Source: Heterodontus francisci (Eukaryota). Taken from it: a stretch of DNA of 64,000 bases. The DNA is taken from the NCBI RefSeq assembly GCF_036365525.1, contig NC_090377.1, forward strand, positions 31,712,201 through 31,776,200, written 5' to 3'. The translations under genes were made by a program, and so were the position numbers. Below the pieces are notes generated by a model. That model made no database searches. It had not been told where the DNA came from and worked only from the letters and a program-made list of their open reading frames with translations. How positions within the stretch are numbered: position 1 is the first letter of the stretch; each line of letters begins with the position of its first letter. Positions 13,690 to 25,694 of the stretch are shown piece after piece.

Positions 13690-14930
13690 CGAAATTCCTA
13701 TGAATCGTGTTCCCCAGCTGCGAGCACACACAGTTTCTAGTGCAACTGTTTGGAGCGTGAATGGTGGTGTGGAGGATGAGAGGGTCAGCAATCAGCAATG
13801 CTGGGCACTGAGGGCCATCAGGGATTCTGCTGGGAGAAGTAGCAAAAGCTCAGTTGCTAAGGCAGGGTCATCCCTGCATCACCAGTGCTCTGTAGGCCTA
13901 CTGGTCACCTGGCATGGGTCTCATCCACCCTGTCTTTTTGGGCCCCTGTGGCATAATGCCTGCCCCCAATGGAAGGAGGACTAAGAGGCAGCTGTACCTG
14001 CCCATGAAGCTCCAGTGGCCCTGAAGATCACCATGGCACTAAACTTTTATGCATCTGAATCATTCCAAGTATCCACCATGGACATGTGTGGGGTTTCACA
14101 GGCAGCAGCACACCGCTGCTTCAAGGAGGTGACCAATGCCCTGTTCCAGAGGGCCGGCTACTATGTGCACTACTGGACCAACCCTGACAGTCGGGCTAAG
14201 ATTGGATTCGGGGCCATTGCTAGATTCCCCAGGTGCAAGGTTTGATTGACTGCACGAATGTGGCTAGCAAGACTCCAATGGACTAGACAGTCGCCTTCAT
14301 CAACAGGAAGGGCTTCCAGTCAATCAACTTTCAACTGGTCTGTGAGCACCAGAAGAATTTTCTTCAGGTGTTTGCCCACTTCCAAGGAAGCAGCCGTGAT
14401 GCGTACATACTTCAACAGCCCCACAACATTTCAGCTCCACCACCCCCCCTCCCCCCCCACCCCGTTCACCTTGTGGGATGGATTCTTAGGGACAGGGGCT
14501 ACTCATTGAAGACATGGCTAATGATGCCTGTGAGGAACCCTCACAATGCAGTGGAAGAGAGGTACAAAGCTTTCTAAATTATATAAAAATTTATTAAAGA
14601 ACTGAACATGCAATTCAGCTACTGAAGATGAGATTCTGTTGCAGAAATCAATCTGGTGGAACCCTGCCTTATACCCCAGTGAGGGTTTCACGTATCGTTG
14701 TGGTCTGCTGTGCTCTGCGCAATCTAGCACTGCAGAGGGGGGAGGCCTTGCATGATGAGGACATGATTGAATGACAATCTTCCAATGACAAGGAGGATGT
14801 GGAGGAGGAAGATGAGCAGGCAGCACTGGATGCTGAAGCTCTTGCACCGGAGACCAGGCAGATTGATCGATGGGCCAAGGAGGCAATAGACAATCTCATA
14901 ATTACCCGCTTCCTACCACCACGATGGCCA
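13690..14930 (+). pseudogene. PIF/Harbinger (HARBI1-like) DDE transposase remnant
   Basis: Motifs across frames, with frameshifts and stops: VALKITMALNFYASESFQ..CGVSQAAAHRC, IDCTNVA, FINRKGFQSINFQLVC, GWILRDRGYSLKTWLMMP, LLKMRF and CCALRNL. Confidence 0.85.
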
Positions 14931-15840
14931 CTTAGAGAAAAACCAAAACCAAAGACTCACCTCAATGCATGCAGTCGGTCTATAATGGATTATATTCCTA
15001 GTCCCTCTTTGGGGATATCCCGGATCAGGCATACTTCTCAGATGATCATGCCCTACTTAAGGTTGAGAAAGACCGATCCCAAAGACACTTGAATGGATCT
15101 GAAGGACTGATTTAACTCTTCCTAAAGGAAAGGAACCATCTGAGAATATTTCCATCCTCCAAGATAGCCTTTTTAACAAGTTTAATCCAGATTATAATAG
15201 CCCAGATATTATAAGGGTCTCAGAATCTCTCCTCAGTAATGCATCTCCTCATCAAACAGTGTACAGAGTTCACGAGTTAGTGATACAGAAGACTATGTGA
15301 GGCAATATAATTTCTAAATTATATAAAAATTTATTAAAGAACTGAACATGCAATTCACAGTTGGTTGGACAGTCAATCGCAACATTAATAGCTCTAGGAA
15401 AAGAAAGAAATTCTTATTTCTGGTAGAGAATCCAATTTTTAAATCCTGTTACAACCAGGTGAGCAATGTCTAGGGGTCTTTTGCTATCTTTACCTGGTCT
15501 TATTGTAACAGGGTTTAATCTTTAAACACAGTGGGCTGAATTTTATTGGGGCGCCGCTGCGGACGGCATCGCCCTTTGAACTCAGCGGAGTGCCCACATT
15601 CGCTGGCCACTGCCAAGCCCCAGTGATATTAATCGTGGGGGCCTCATTAGAATCACGGGCTGAGCTGCCCTCCCCATATTACGTGGGGAGAGGTGGGACA
15701 TTTGGCACAGTGAGAGAGTCTTTGACAGCTGTGCAGCAGGTGCTGGGGCCCTATTCTAAGCACTCCAGCACCTGCTTCCTGACAGCTGTCAAAGAAGTAC
15801 TTACCTGACTGCTGAAGAGTGGGGCTGCTGTCAATCTGGC

Positions 15841-15992
15841 AACAAAGCAGAAAGTGCTACAGAAATCCAGCAGGTCAGGCAGCATCAGTGGAGAGAGAAG
15901 CAGAGTTAACTTGTCCAAGTTCACAGACCTGACAGTGAACTCTGCTTCTCTCTCCATACATGCTGCCTGACCTGCTGAGTTACCCCAGCACC
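15841..15992. repeat. Palindromic (fold-back) Penelope-terminus-derived repeat
   Basis: The arm cagcaggtcaggcagcatcagtggagagagaagcagagtt is followed, after a ~25-nt loop, by its near reverse complement aactctgcttctctctccatacatgctgcctgacctgctg. Confidence 0.75.
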
Positions 15993-18063
15993 TTCCGCTT
16001 TGCCGCCACATACTAACCCTGCTGTGTCCCAGTGTCCTGTGAAGTTGCGATCCTCTTCTCCCACTCAAGTGTAACATTCCTTCTTGTAGGCATGCCGCAC
16101 CTGGGTGAATAATCTTAATTTTGCACATTCCAGGACGTGACACTTAAATAGACCAGAAAAGATATTACAGAGGTTTACAGAGAACACACAGACACAAATG
16201 GGAATGCATGGGCGTCCTAACAATGTAAATACATCTTTCACTAAATGTTCCTCACCAACATGTGTGTCCTTTTCTCTGTGGGAATGATGTGTGCCAGGAT
16301 GTCACGCCTATGTCACATCCCTTTGCACCGTTGGCTCTCATGAGAACCAACATATGCAATAACATCAATGCCATGCCACCATTGCTCATGAGCGTCTCCA
16401 CGGACTCAGTGACATGGACATTGGCTCAGCCAGCTGCTGCCTTTAATGCTTTACACAGGGATGCTGCAGATGTAGACTGGTGCACAGCAGGTGAGCGAGG
16501 GTGATGTGTCTTGCCGTGCTCATTTCGGTTCCTATGGAGCAGAGAGCCTTTGATAAGCCACTTCCGTAAGTCCCTAGCTCACTGTTAGCCCTGCATGCAG
16601 AGCCTGGGTGCCATCTGCCCTCCAATGAGCCTTTCCTGTTGTAGGTCCTCAGCGTCCTCATAGTCCAAGGAGGAATTCTGTTGACGTCTCTCCTCATCAT
16701 GCCAGGCCTGGCCCCTATTGGGTGCGTAGTTGTGCAGAGCAGCAAAGAAAGGAGCTGGCCTTTTCGGCCATAGTACAGGGCATCACCCTATCCATCCAGG
16801 CATTGGAGGCGCTCTTTCAGCATGCCGATCTCCTGCTCAATAGTGGATCATGTAGCTCAGTGGCTGGCATTGTATCTCTCCTCTGCAGCAGTGGTGGAGT
16901 CTCTCACTGGTGTCGGGAGCCATGTCTGCAAAGGATAGCCCTTATCTCCAAGAAGCCACCCCTCCATCTGAGCCAGTTCAGTGAACAGTGGTGGCAGCCG
17001 GGACTGGCACAAGACCCAGGTGTCATGGCAGCTGCCTGTGAAGTGGTCACACATTCGCTGCAAGCAGCCGCAGTGTTCACATACCAGCTTCACCTAGATT
17101 GAGAGGGCTCCTTTAATGTAGATGTTTGCAGGTGGTAGCTGGCAGTAGGCCTGATGACCACATGAGTGCAGTCTATGAACATTACATCCTATGGTTCTCC
17201 GGCAATGCTGCAAGAACCACTGGCCCTCAGGGCCTGGCTGTGAGAGTTCGTCCTGAAGCAGACATCCTCACTGGCCCTCCGGTGCAGGGCATTGGTGACC
17301 ACCCTGATGCAGCGGTGCACTGCTGACTGTGTGACCCCACAAAGGTCTCTGGTGGGCCCCAAAAAGGCTGCAGAGGAGTCAGGCATGAGAACTGCTGCAC
17401 TATGACGAACAAAGGCATGGGATGTCCACCGGAGCCCATGGGCTGAAGGTCGTCCTTGAGCAGGGCACAGAGACGTGTCACCACCCTTTCTATATGTGCA
17501 ATCTCCTCTGGCACTGGTGCTCTGACATCCAATGGCGTGTCATTTTGGGCCTGTAGATGCATAATGGCGAGCTCCCCGTGGGGCTGCTGCTCACAACCAG
17601 GGGCCTCTACATGGATCGCACCTGCCTGTTGATTTTGCCTCTGAAGCATACGGATCCTCAGGAGCAGAGGATCACACAATGTAGGATGAGCCAGACCTAT
17701 TTCCATGTGATAAATAAAGTTGAACCCTTCATTTATATGAGGGTTCCTAACAGGGGAGGGATTGGTATCAACGGGTACATCAGCTGCTTTCCTGGATCAG
17801 CTATGTGGTGTGCCATGGCATTGTCCATCTTGGCTAACACTCAGAGTGGCACAGCATGACCACATCAAGATCCTATCAGCTGAAAGAATTGCCCCCACCA
17901 TCCATAAAACCTTAATGCTCCTCCCCTTTCTGGCACCCTCCCCACACACAGGGTACCTGGTGTGCTGTTACCCCCTCATAAACACAGTGAGTACACTGTT
18001 AATGGAGGGATGGTACACGGTACCTCCCTTCATGCCAGCACAGATTTCCCTCCAGTAATCCCA

Positions 18064-18485
18064 GACCCCCTTCCTTTCAGAATGTAGAGTTAGACCCCTG
18101 TGTATCCCCCCTCCCTCCTCCCTTTAAGAATGCTGAGTTAGACACCTGTGTATCCCCCCCTCCCTCCTCCCTTTAAGAATGCTGAGTTAGACACCTGTGT
18201 AGCCCCCCCTCCCTCCTCCCTTTAAGAATGCAGAGTTAGACCCCTGTGTATCCCCCCTCCCTCCTCCCTTTAAGAATACAGAGTTAGACCCCTGTGTATT
18301 CCTCCTCTCCACCCCCTCCATTTAAGAATACAGAGTTAGACCCCTGTGTATCCCCCCTCCCTCCTCCCTTTAAGAATGCAGAGTTAGACCCCTGTGTATT
18401 CCTCCTCCCCTCACCCCTCCATTTAAGAATGCAGAGTTGGACCCCTGTGTATTCCCCATCCCTTTCGTAATGCAGAGTGAGGACC
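18064..18485 (+). repeat. Minisatellite, ~48-bp unit, ~8-9 copies, inside the Harbinger element
   Basis: Unit gagttagacccctgtgtatcccccctccctcctccctttaagaatgca, repeated in tandem with minor variants. Confidence 0.95.
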
Positions 18486-19104
18486 CGCCGGCTTTTCAGA
18501 TTGTGAATGGGACGGCACGTGACAGCCGCCCGTTCAATGAAAAATCTGGCAGTGTCGGTGGAGAGTCGGCGGGCTGCATAATCAACATAGTTAAGTAAGC
18601 ATTACCATATGCTACATGTGGTGCCACCGCCATGTGGTGGGGGGGCCGTACCGAGGTCCCGCCGCCGCCGGTAAAATGCTGCAGGCCTGTCTCGACGTTG
18701 CGGTTTGAGGCGGGCCTCTCACCGCAGCATTTTACCGGCCCCGCGCCACGACCTGCGGCATCGAGTGGCCGGTAAAATTCAGCCTAGTGTGTTTTGAGCT
18801 CCCCTTTGTGTGAATCCTTGTTCACAGTTTCCAATTATAAGGCAAAGAACTGAGCGCACACAGGCTTTCTTTGGTTTAAAGCAGAAAGATGAAATTTATT
18901 AAACCTTAAACTTAAACTCTCATATGGTTCACACTTACAGATACATGACGCGCTCACGCAAGCATGCACACGTGATATAAACATGCAAAATAGGGACAGA
19001 AAAGAGCAGAAGAAAAGATAAGTAGAACAGTTTGAGGTAATATCTTGTTACTGTTTCTTGAGCTCACTGTAGTCTTTGATTAAAAATATAGTCTTACATT
19101 TCGT

Positions 19105-19451
19105 TTTTTTTTAGAGATACAGCACTGAAACAGGCCCTTCGGCCCACCGAGTCTGTGCCGACCATCAACCACCCATTTATACTAATCCTACACTAATTCC
19201 ATATTCCTACCTCATCTCCACCTGTCCCTATATTTCCCTACCACCTACCTATACTAGGGGCAATTGCTAATGGCCAATTTACCTATCAACCTGCAAGTCT
19301 TTGGCATGTGGGAGGAAACCGGAGCACCCGGAGGAAACCCACGCAGACACAGGGAGAACTTGCAAACTCCACACAGGCAGTACCCAGAATTGAACCCGGG
19401 TCACTGGAGCTGTGAGGCTGCGGTGCTAACCACTGCGCCACTGTGCCGCCC
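19105..19451 (-). mobile_element. HE1-type tRNA-derived SINE (V-SINE group)
   Basis: The minus strand begins GGGCGGCACAGTGGCGCAGTGGTTAGCACCGCAGCCTCACAGC..GGGTTCAATTC, contains the central gtttcctccgggtgctccggtttcctccc domain, and ends in a CR1-like tail. Nearly identical to ~38050-38388. Confidence 0.9.
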
Positions 19452-20114
19452 ATGTTTGTTCACATGGCAAACCTCTCTCTCTTTGAGTTTCAAGTGTTTT
19501 CACAAGATTCAGTTCCATGGGAAGAGATGAAGGCAGGCAGACTGGAGACAGGCAGGCAGAGGAGATCTTCTCAGTCCATGAGCACATGGCGTTCTGCCTG
19601 GCAATTCCTTTGTTGGGAGTTCAAAAACTCTGCCACAGCCAGTCAGTCCTGTGACTAAAACTGGTCTGACCACTTCTGTGTATTGGAAGAACAGGCACTG
19701 GCTCCCTTTGTTTCCACATTGTCTGGTACTATGCAAATGTCCTTCCAGTCAGAGATTGCAATTTTTAAAGTTTTAATGTTCATATGGCGAAATAATGTAT
19801 GCCTCAGTCTTGTCAGGTAGGGTTTGCCTGACAAATCCAAATACTGTTACAGTAAAATATTTAAGTAGGATATCCATCAATTATTAAGTAACATTTACCT
19901 TAAAATCCTGAGTAGAAAACTACAGAGTGAGCGAGATAGCTCTGTCCCAGTTAAGGGGAGAACTATCATCGTCTCACTCCAATAGTCATATTTTTACCGT
20001 GAGAGACATTGGAGAGAGGTCAATAAATCTGAAAATCCAATGTGTATCTCTGATATTTATACTGTTTTCCAAGTTGCATAACTAATTTTTTTTTATGTAT
20101 CAGGGTGTTACCAT

Positions 20115-20928
20115 GGGCTGAAATATCGGCTGCCGGCGAAAAAACAGCAGCCTGCCCATGCGGGCCGCATACCATGGAGCCGCCGCAATCTTCCGTGCTG
20201 CAGCTCATGTAAATAGCTGGGGTGGGCCGCACCCCACAATCACATGGAGGGGGTGGGCTGTCTGTCCCCGGCAATGGCATTAGCTGCCTGTGCACAGGCG
20301 CTGACGCCATTTTTAAAAGGACTGTCAGCCCTACCAGGAAATATAAATATTTAAAGATGAAGCGAGTAAAAATAAATAAATACATGTCTTTTGCCCCTCT
20401 CTCACCCCTCCAACAACAATTAAATTAATTATTTGCCCTTCTTCCCCCCCCCAAAATACTGACCTTTACAATCTGACCTTTCCCCACAAACTGCACAAGC
20501 TTTCAACTCCAAATCTTCCCATCATCCCCGACACCAATGACGTTAATTTGATCCCGTTCCCCTCCCGCACTGATAAACTTATCTTCTCCCCCCTCCCCAT
20601 CATTTTTGTGCCTCATTTCGTCGGACAGTGATCCAAAGATGCGGGAGTGCCAGCCAGCCTGCCGAACATCACATTCGGACATCAGGTGGTGACATAAGCT
20701 TCTTTAATGCATTCATTTTAATTTATTTAAATATTCAAATTGGGAACCTGTCATCTAGTCCTGGGTGTGGGGGGGTTTGCTGCCACAAGGCCTCTCCGCC
20801 GCTGGTAATATCGGGCCGGGCCCTCCCGGTGTCGGGGTGAGTGGCGGCCCTCTCCCGGAGGCATCTTCAGCTCCCTCCCCTCCCCCAGTCATGGAACCCG
20901 ACATCTGGGGGAGAACAAAATCCAGCCC
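20115..20928 (+). mobile_element. Non-autonomous Harbinger element (~0.81 kb)
   Basis: Ends GGGCTGAAAT / AAATCCAGCCC with 3-bp TSD CAT. Confidence 0.8.
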
Positions 20929-20949
20929 CATATGTTTACAAGTGCTTCT

Positions 20950-21690
20950 ATAAGGTGTAACCCCTGCACTAGCACCTGGGCTGGAGGCAGGCTGCTGATT
21001 ACACTGCCCCTTGGCATGTAATGACCTCAGCAGCCATGCTGTGGCTCCCTGAGGCTCGGAGGGCCTGGTCCTGGTGCAGGACTCTCCTCAGGCGTCAAGG
21101 CAGCTGGAGCTGAGTTCACTGGCAGAAGGGCTGAGGAGATGCTGTCTACACTCTGAGTGCCCTGAGGGGAGCTCCTAGCTGTGGAGACCAGCCTCTCCTC
21201 CATCCTTAAACCTCCCTGCTGACCAGAGAAGGATGAGGAATTGGAGAAGACTCCATGCACCTCATCTTTCTCTCGCTTTGCCACTGCCACATAGAGCTCA
21301 TGGCCAAGGCGATGGTATACACGTCTGAGCACATTTGTAGGATCTGGCTGTCCATGAAGTTCACCAACCTCTCAATGGAGGAAGCCATGTGCTCACATAC
21401 CTGAGACATGGCAGCATTCATGGCATGAATGGACTCCTGCTTCATCCACTCCTGGCTGCACTCATGGCCTCTGGCAGCTCCACCATTTTGTGCCTTACCT
21501 CTCTCTGCAACTCTAGCATGCCCTGCGCTGTTGACACCAGAGGGTCATCATAAGCCTGGAGCTCAGAATGTGCTAGACCAACCACGGCCCTCCAATTATT
21601 CGTGGCCTTGGCTGTCTCAGCCTCAGCCAGCTGCGCAGACATGTGTGCGGTGCTCTCACTAGCTGGTGACCCTGATTCTACAGCTAAGTG
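20950..21690 (-). mobile_element. Probable fragment of the Harbinger accessory (Myb/SANT-like) gene, C-terminal coiled-coil region
   Basis: Overlapping helical ORFs (LELQREVRHKMVEL; MASSIERLVNFM) in a Harbinger-rich context. The Myb domain itself is not seen. Confidence 0.35.
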
Positions 21691-21741
21691 GAGGCTAGTA
21701 ATTGTCTTCAGGAGTCTTCTAAGGAAGACTTACATTTATAT

Positions 21742-22925
21742 TTGGGGAGGTGGTGGCATAGTGTTAATGTCACTGAATTAGTAATCCAAAGGCCCAGGCA
21801 TTGGGGAGATGGGGCTGAATTTTACAGCACCTCCCCCCCAACATCAGGGGTCGTGGCGGGAGTGGGGGGAGGGGGGTGCTGCTGGAAAATGGAAAATGCC
21901 TCCGGCAGAGGCCCGCAGGAAGGCCCGGCCCAATAGTGCCAGCGTTGAGGCCTCCTGGCAAACCCACGCATTGCTCAGTGTCAAGAGCAAAATTTACATA
22001 TTTAAATAAATGTAAATAGAGGAATTAATTACCTTATCGCCTCTGCCTTCTTAACCGCTGCAATATTGGTGCCGGTGGCTGGCACTCCTGCGTCTTCAGA
22101 TCCCCGTCTGGGGATCCAAGGTGGAATATTGGTGGGGAGGGGGGAGCAGGTAAGTTTCTCTGTGCAGGAGTGGGGGTAGGGGAAGTGGGGTCAGGCTAAT
22201 CTCATTGGTTTAGGGGATGGTAGGAAGTGTTAGATTTTAAAGTTTATGTACTTGGTGGGGGGTGTAGGGTAAGGTCAGATGGGCAGGCGAAGTGTTTTGT
22301 GGGAGGAGAGGGCATGTAATGCATGGTTATTGTGGGGGGGGGGGTGGTGGGAGAGGGGCAAATTAAATGTTTTTAAAATTTACGTTAACCTATTTCATTA
22401 AATATTGAAATTAAATGGAAGGGCCCGAAGCCCTTAAAAATGGCGTCAGCGCCTGTGCAAAGGCTGCTGACGCCATTGCCGGAGAAGGACTGCCCGCCTC
22501 CACCACATCATTGGTGTGGGTGGTCCGCCCCAGCCATTTAAATGAGCCGCTGTGCTGAATATCGTGACGGCGCCGCGATGTGCGATTCGCACAGGCGGAC
22601 CGCCATTGTTTACGTCCACCACCGATTCCAGCAGCCGCGATGTAAATTGCAGCCCATGGGTTTGAATCCCACCAAGGCAGATGGTGAAATTTGAATTCAA
22701 TTAATAAATCTGGAATTAAAAAGTTAGTCTAATGGTGACCATGAAATCATTGTCAATTGTTCTTAAAAACCCATCTGGTTCACTAATGTCATTTAGGGAA
22801 GGAAATCTGCCATCCTTACTGGGTCTGGCCTACATGTGACTCCAGACCCACAGCAATGTGGTTGACTCTTAACTGCAATAAATGCTGGCCTAGTCAACGA
22901 TGCCCACATCCCACAAATGCTTATA
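21742..22925 (+). mobile_element. tRNA-derived SINE split by a Harbinger MITE
   Basis: Same family as 7757-8148. The head ...ggggagatg|ggtttgaatccc is restored when 21812-22655 is removed. Confidence 0.75.
21812..22655 (-). mobile_element. Non-autonomous Harbinger element (~0.84 kb)
   Basis: Ends GGGCTGAATTTTAC / GTAAATTGCAGCCC with 3-bp TSD ATG. The interior is an inverted relative of 20115-20928. Confidence 0.85.
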
Positions 22926-22929
22926 AAAG

Positions 22930-23095
22930 ATGTTTCATGACCTCAGGATGTCCCAAAGTACTTTGCAGTTAATGAAGTATTTTTTTTGAATCATAATCGC
23001 TGTTGTAATGTAAGAAGCTTGGCAGCTATTTTGCACACAGCAAGCTCCCACAAACAGAAATGTGATAATGACCAGATAACCTATTTTGTAGTGAT
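22930..23095 (-). mobile_element. Deu-domain SINE (SacSINE1-like) 3' fragment
   Basis: catgacctcaggatgtcccaaag..tttgcacacagcaagctcccacaaacag. A similar tail occurs at ~12825-12920 and a head piece at ~47770-47910. Confidence 0.55.
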
Positions 23096-25239
23096 GCAGA
23101 GAGGAGCACGCTTACATTTTGAGGTATTGATCAAAGCCCTTTATTCATCAATGACAAGAAATTTTTAATGGTTTTTAAAAATATGAAATGAAATTATGAC
23201 GAATCCTAGTGGTGTGGCTTCATTATGGTGGCAGTTTTGTACAGATTACCAGGCTGAAGCTCAAATATTGAGCTGGTATAAGAACCACAGTAATGACACT
23301 TCGCATGTGACTTTATTAACTGACTGGATTAGGATTCCTCTCCCACTGCCATGACTGTGTTTTTCTGAAAACCAGAGAATAGAATGTAAATTTCTTACTA
23401 ACAGCACTTTGTACTTGGGAAACATTGTTGTTTGTTCTGCCAATTCTATTTAGCAGCATTAGAATTTAAATATTTAGGTAAGTTTAGCAGCAGCTGTCGC
23501 TATTTTATTCTGTTTTAAATATTTGTGCATGGTATATCCAAACATATATGTATCTATATATGTTGCAATTCTAGAGTTTCTATTGTATCTGAATCGTGGA
23601 AGTACTGTTGAAGCACAGAATGAATAAGAGATAATCAAGCTCATAATTAGGAATTAGAGCTCAACTGAAATTTCAGTAAGAAATTCCAATGCTAATGACA
23701 TTTCCTATTGATATTCAGTTGATTTTAATAAAACCACAGATGATAAAGCTTTCCCAGAAGAAGAACCTTTGCTTTTTTTGCAGATATGCGCTAAAAGCTA
23801 CAAGAATTCTCTGCTATGAACTGTTGTTGAAGCAGTCTCCATAAACTTCTCTGAAAGGGAATTTTATAGCTGTTTAGAAAATAGAATATTAAAGGATGGG
23901 AAGTGAGTAGAAGACTGGTGTTAGATCAAGTCGCGCAAGGAGTAGGGACTGAGGCAGTTCTGAAGAACAGAATGACCTTTTTCTGCCTTATATTATTCTA
24001 AGATGAGACAGAAACAGTTAAAGGACATGAAGAATCCCAGAGAAAGCATTTACTACCTTCCAAACAGAATAACCACCTGAACTGAATTATCTCTGGGTCT
24101 TACTGAAAAGCAAAGATCTATCCTTAGCAGACAAACTCTACTTAATCTAAGAGAGAGATTGAAGTGAATTAAAATCTCAATTTGTAATTTCACTTGCATT
24201 ACCAAAAGCTTTGAAGATGACAGTAGCTATTAATCGCTATGCTGCATTGGCCGTCCAAATATCTTTAAGGGATTATGCACAGTCATTCGTGGTCAAAATG
24301 ATATTGCATATAGCAGCTTATTGCTACATAGGAATCATTGTCCCTAGAATTCCCTCGAACTGTGCATTATACTGTAGGTTTTAGTGAATTCCTTTCAATT
24401 TCAATATAGCAATTCTAAACTCAGTAACATTTTTATATTGTTATTACATTTCCAACGACATTAGATGCTTTTGATTGAGGATGTAATTAGTATATAACTC
24501 CAACAATACCATTGCATAACTAAATAGAAAAGGATTTAATTCATGAATATCTAAATGATACTTGGTAGAAATGTATAATGATAGCTGTGGTTGTAATTTG
24601 CTTATGATCGATGACGTGAGTCATTCATTCTGCCTTACCCATTTTGTCTGGAAATTTTGAGATAAACAAACAAATTCAGGGTTAGCTTGTGATTGACAAA
24701 AGCGAGGGCATCAACATGTAATTGCTAACCATTGTCATACCTATAATGCTGGCAAGCATAAATCCAGCCAAGTGCACCAATTTTCTTGTACAATTATCAA
24801 GCTTGCCTCAGGAATTAAGATTTGTATTTAAAATTTTTTAACAAGACTTTTCAGTATGGCACAATAACCCGAAATATTAGTGGTGTCCTGCAAATTACAA
24901 AAAAAAAAGGCATGTTGCATGATATCTAGTGGTATTTCTGGGGAAAATGTCTGCTGAGAACTGAGGGGGCAGGGGGAGAACTTTGTTTCATTCATAATGA
25001 TCCCTCTCCAGAAGATGTAATTGTTTGGAATTCCAACTTTAACATACAAAAGTTTAGACACAAAGTTAAACATCACTTGCTGAATGCCAGAACATGCATT
25101 GGATTGTGGAAAATGTGTGACTTTCCCAATGCAATTTATTCAAATTAGCTCCATGTTCCCTGTAAGCACAAGAATGGAACTTCTGAGTCATCCATCCTTG
25201 TTAGAATTGCCTCTTTTTTTACCTTGCTGTTAGATCACA

Positions 25240-25694
25240 CTTGAGATGGCTTGGCCATGTGAGCCGCATGGAAGATGGCAGGATCCCCAAAGACACATTG
25301 TACAGCGAGCTCGCCACTGGTATCAGACCCACCGGCCGTCCATGTCTCCGTTATAAAGACGTCTGCAAACGCGACATGAAATCGTGTGACATTGATCACA
25401 AGTCGTGGGAGTCAGTTGCCAGCATTCGCCAGAGCTGGCGGGCAGCCATAAAGACAGGGCTAAATTGTGGTGAGTCGAAGAGACTTAGTAGTTGGCAGGA
25501 AAAAAGACAGAGGCGCAAGGGGAGAGCCAACTGTGCAACAGCCCCAACAAACAAATTTCTCTGCAGCACCTGTGGAAGAGCCTGTCACTCCAGAATTGGC
25601 CTTTATAGCCACTCCAGGCGCTGCTTCACAAACCACTGACCACCTCCAGGCGCGTATCCATTGTCTCTCGAGATAAGGAGGCCCAAAAGAAGAA
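25240..25694 (+). mobile_element. 5'-truncated RTE LINE insertion
   Basis: LRWLGHVSRMEDGRIPKDTLY..CSTCGRACHSRIGLYSH, an (AAG)n tail, and a perfect 11-bp TSD GTTAGATCACA (25229-25239 and 25695-25705). Confidence 0.95.

Larger units (their letters stand above)
15533..18785 (-). mobile_element. Harbinger DNA transposon (~3.25 kb) with decayed transposase
   Basis: TIRs GGGCTGAATTTTA / TAAAATTCAGCCT and 3-bp TSD AGT. Transposase motifs on the minus strand at ~16680-17500: DLCGVTQSAVHRCI, GSCHDTWVL, GWLLGDKGYPLQTWL, EERYNASH. Confidence 0.9.
15447..19833 (-). mobile_element. Solo LTR (family A) carrying nested Harbinger and HE1 insertions
   Basis: TGTTACAACC...GCCTGACA termini with a perfect 5-bp TSD AATCC (15442-15446 and 19834-19838). 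Homologous to 31761-32689 and 46277-47102. Confidence 0.9.

Noticed and set aside
13690-14930. Domesticated HARBI1 gene
   Set aside because: Multiple frameshifts and stops, and the catalytic region is replaced by filler DNA. It is one of several decayed copies.
18064-18485. Possible CRISPR-like array
   Set aside because: Contiguous tandem units with no unique spacers, in eukaryotic DNA. It is a minisatellite.
19400-19451. tRNA gene
   Set aside because: The tRNA-like boxes are the head of an HE1 SINE, with no full cloverleaf. The same applies at ~8070-8148 and ~47770.
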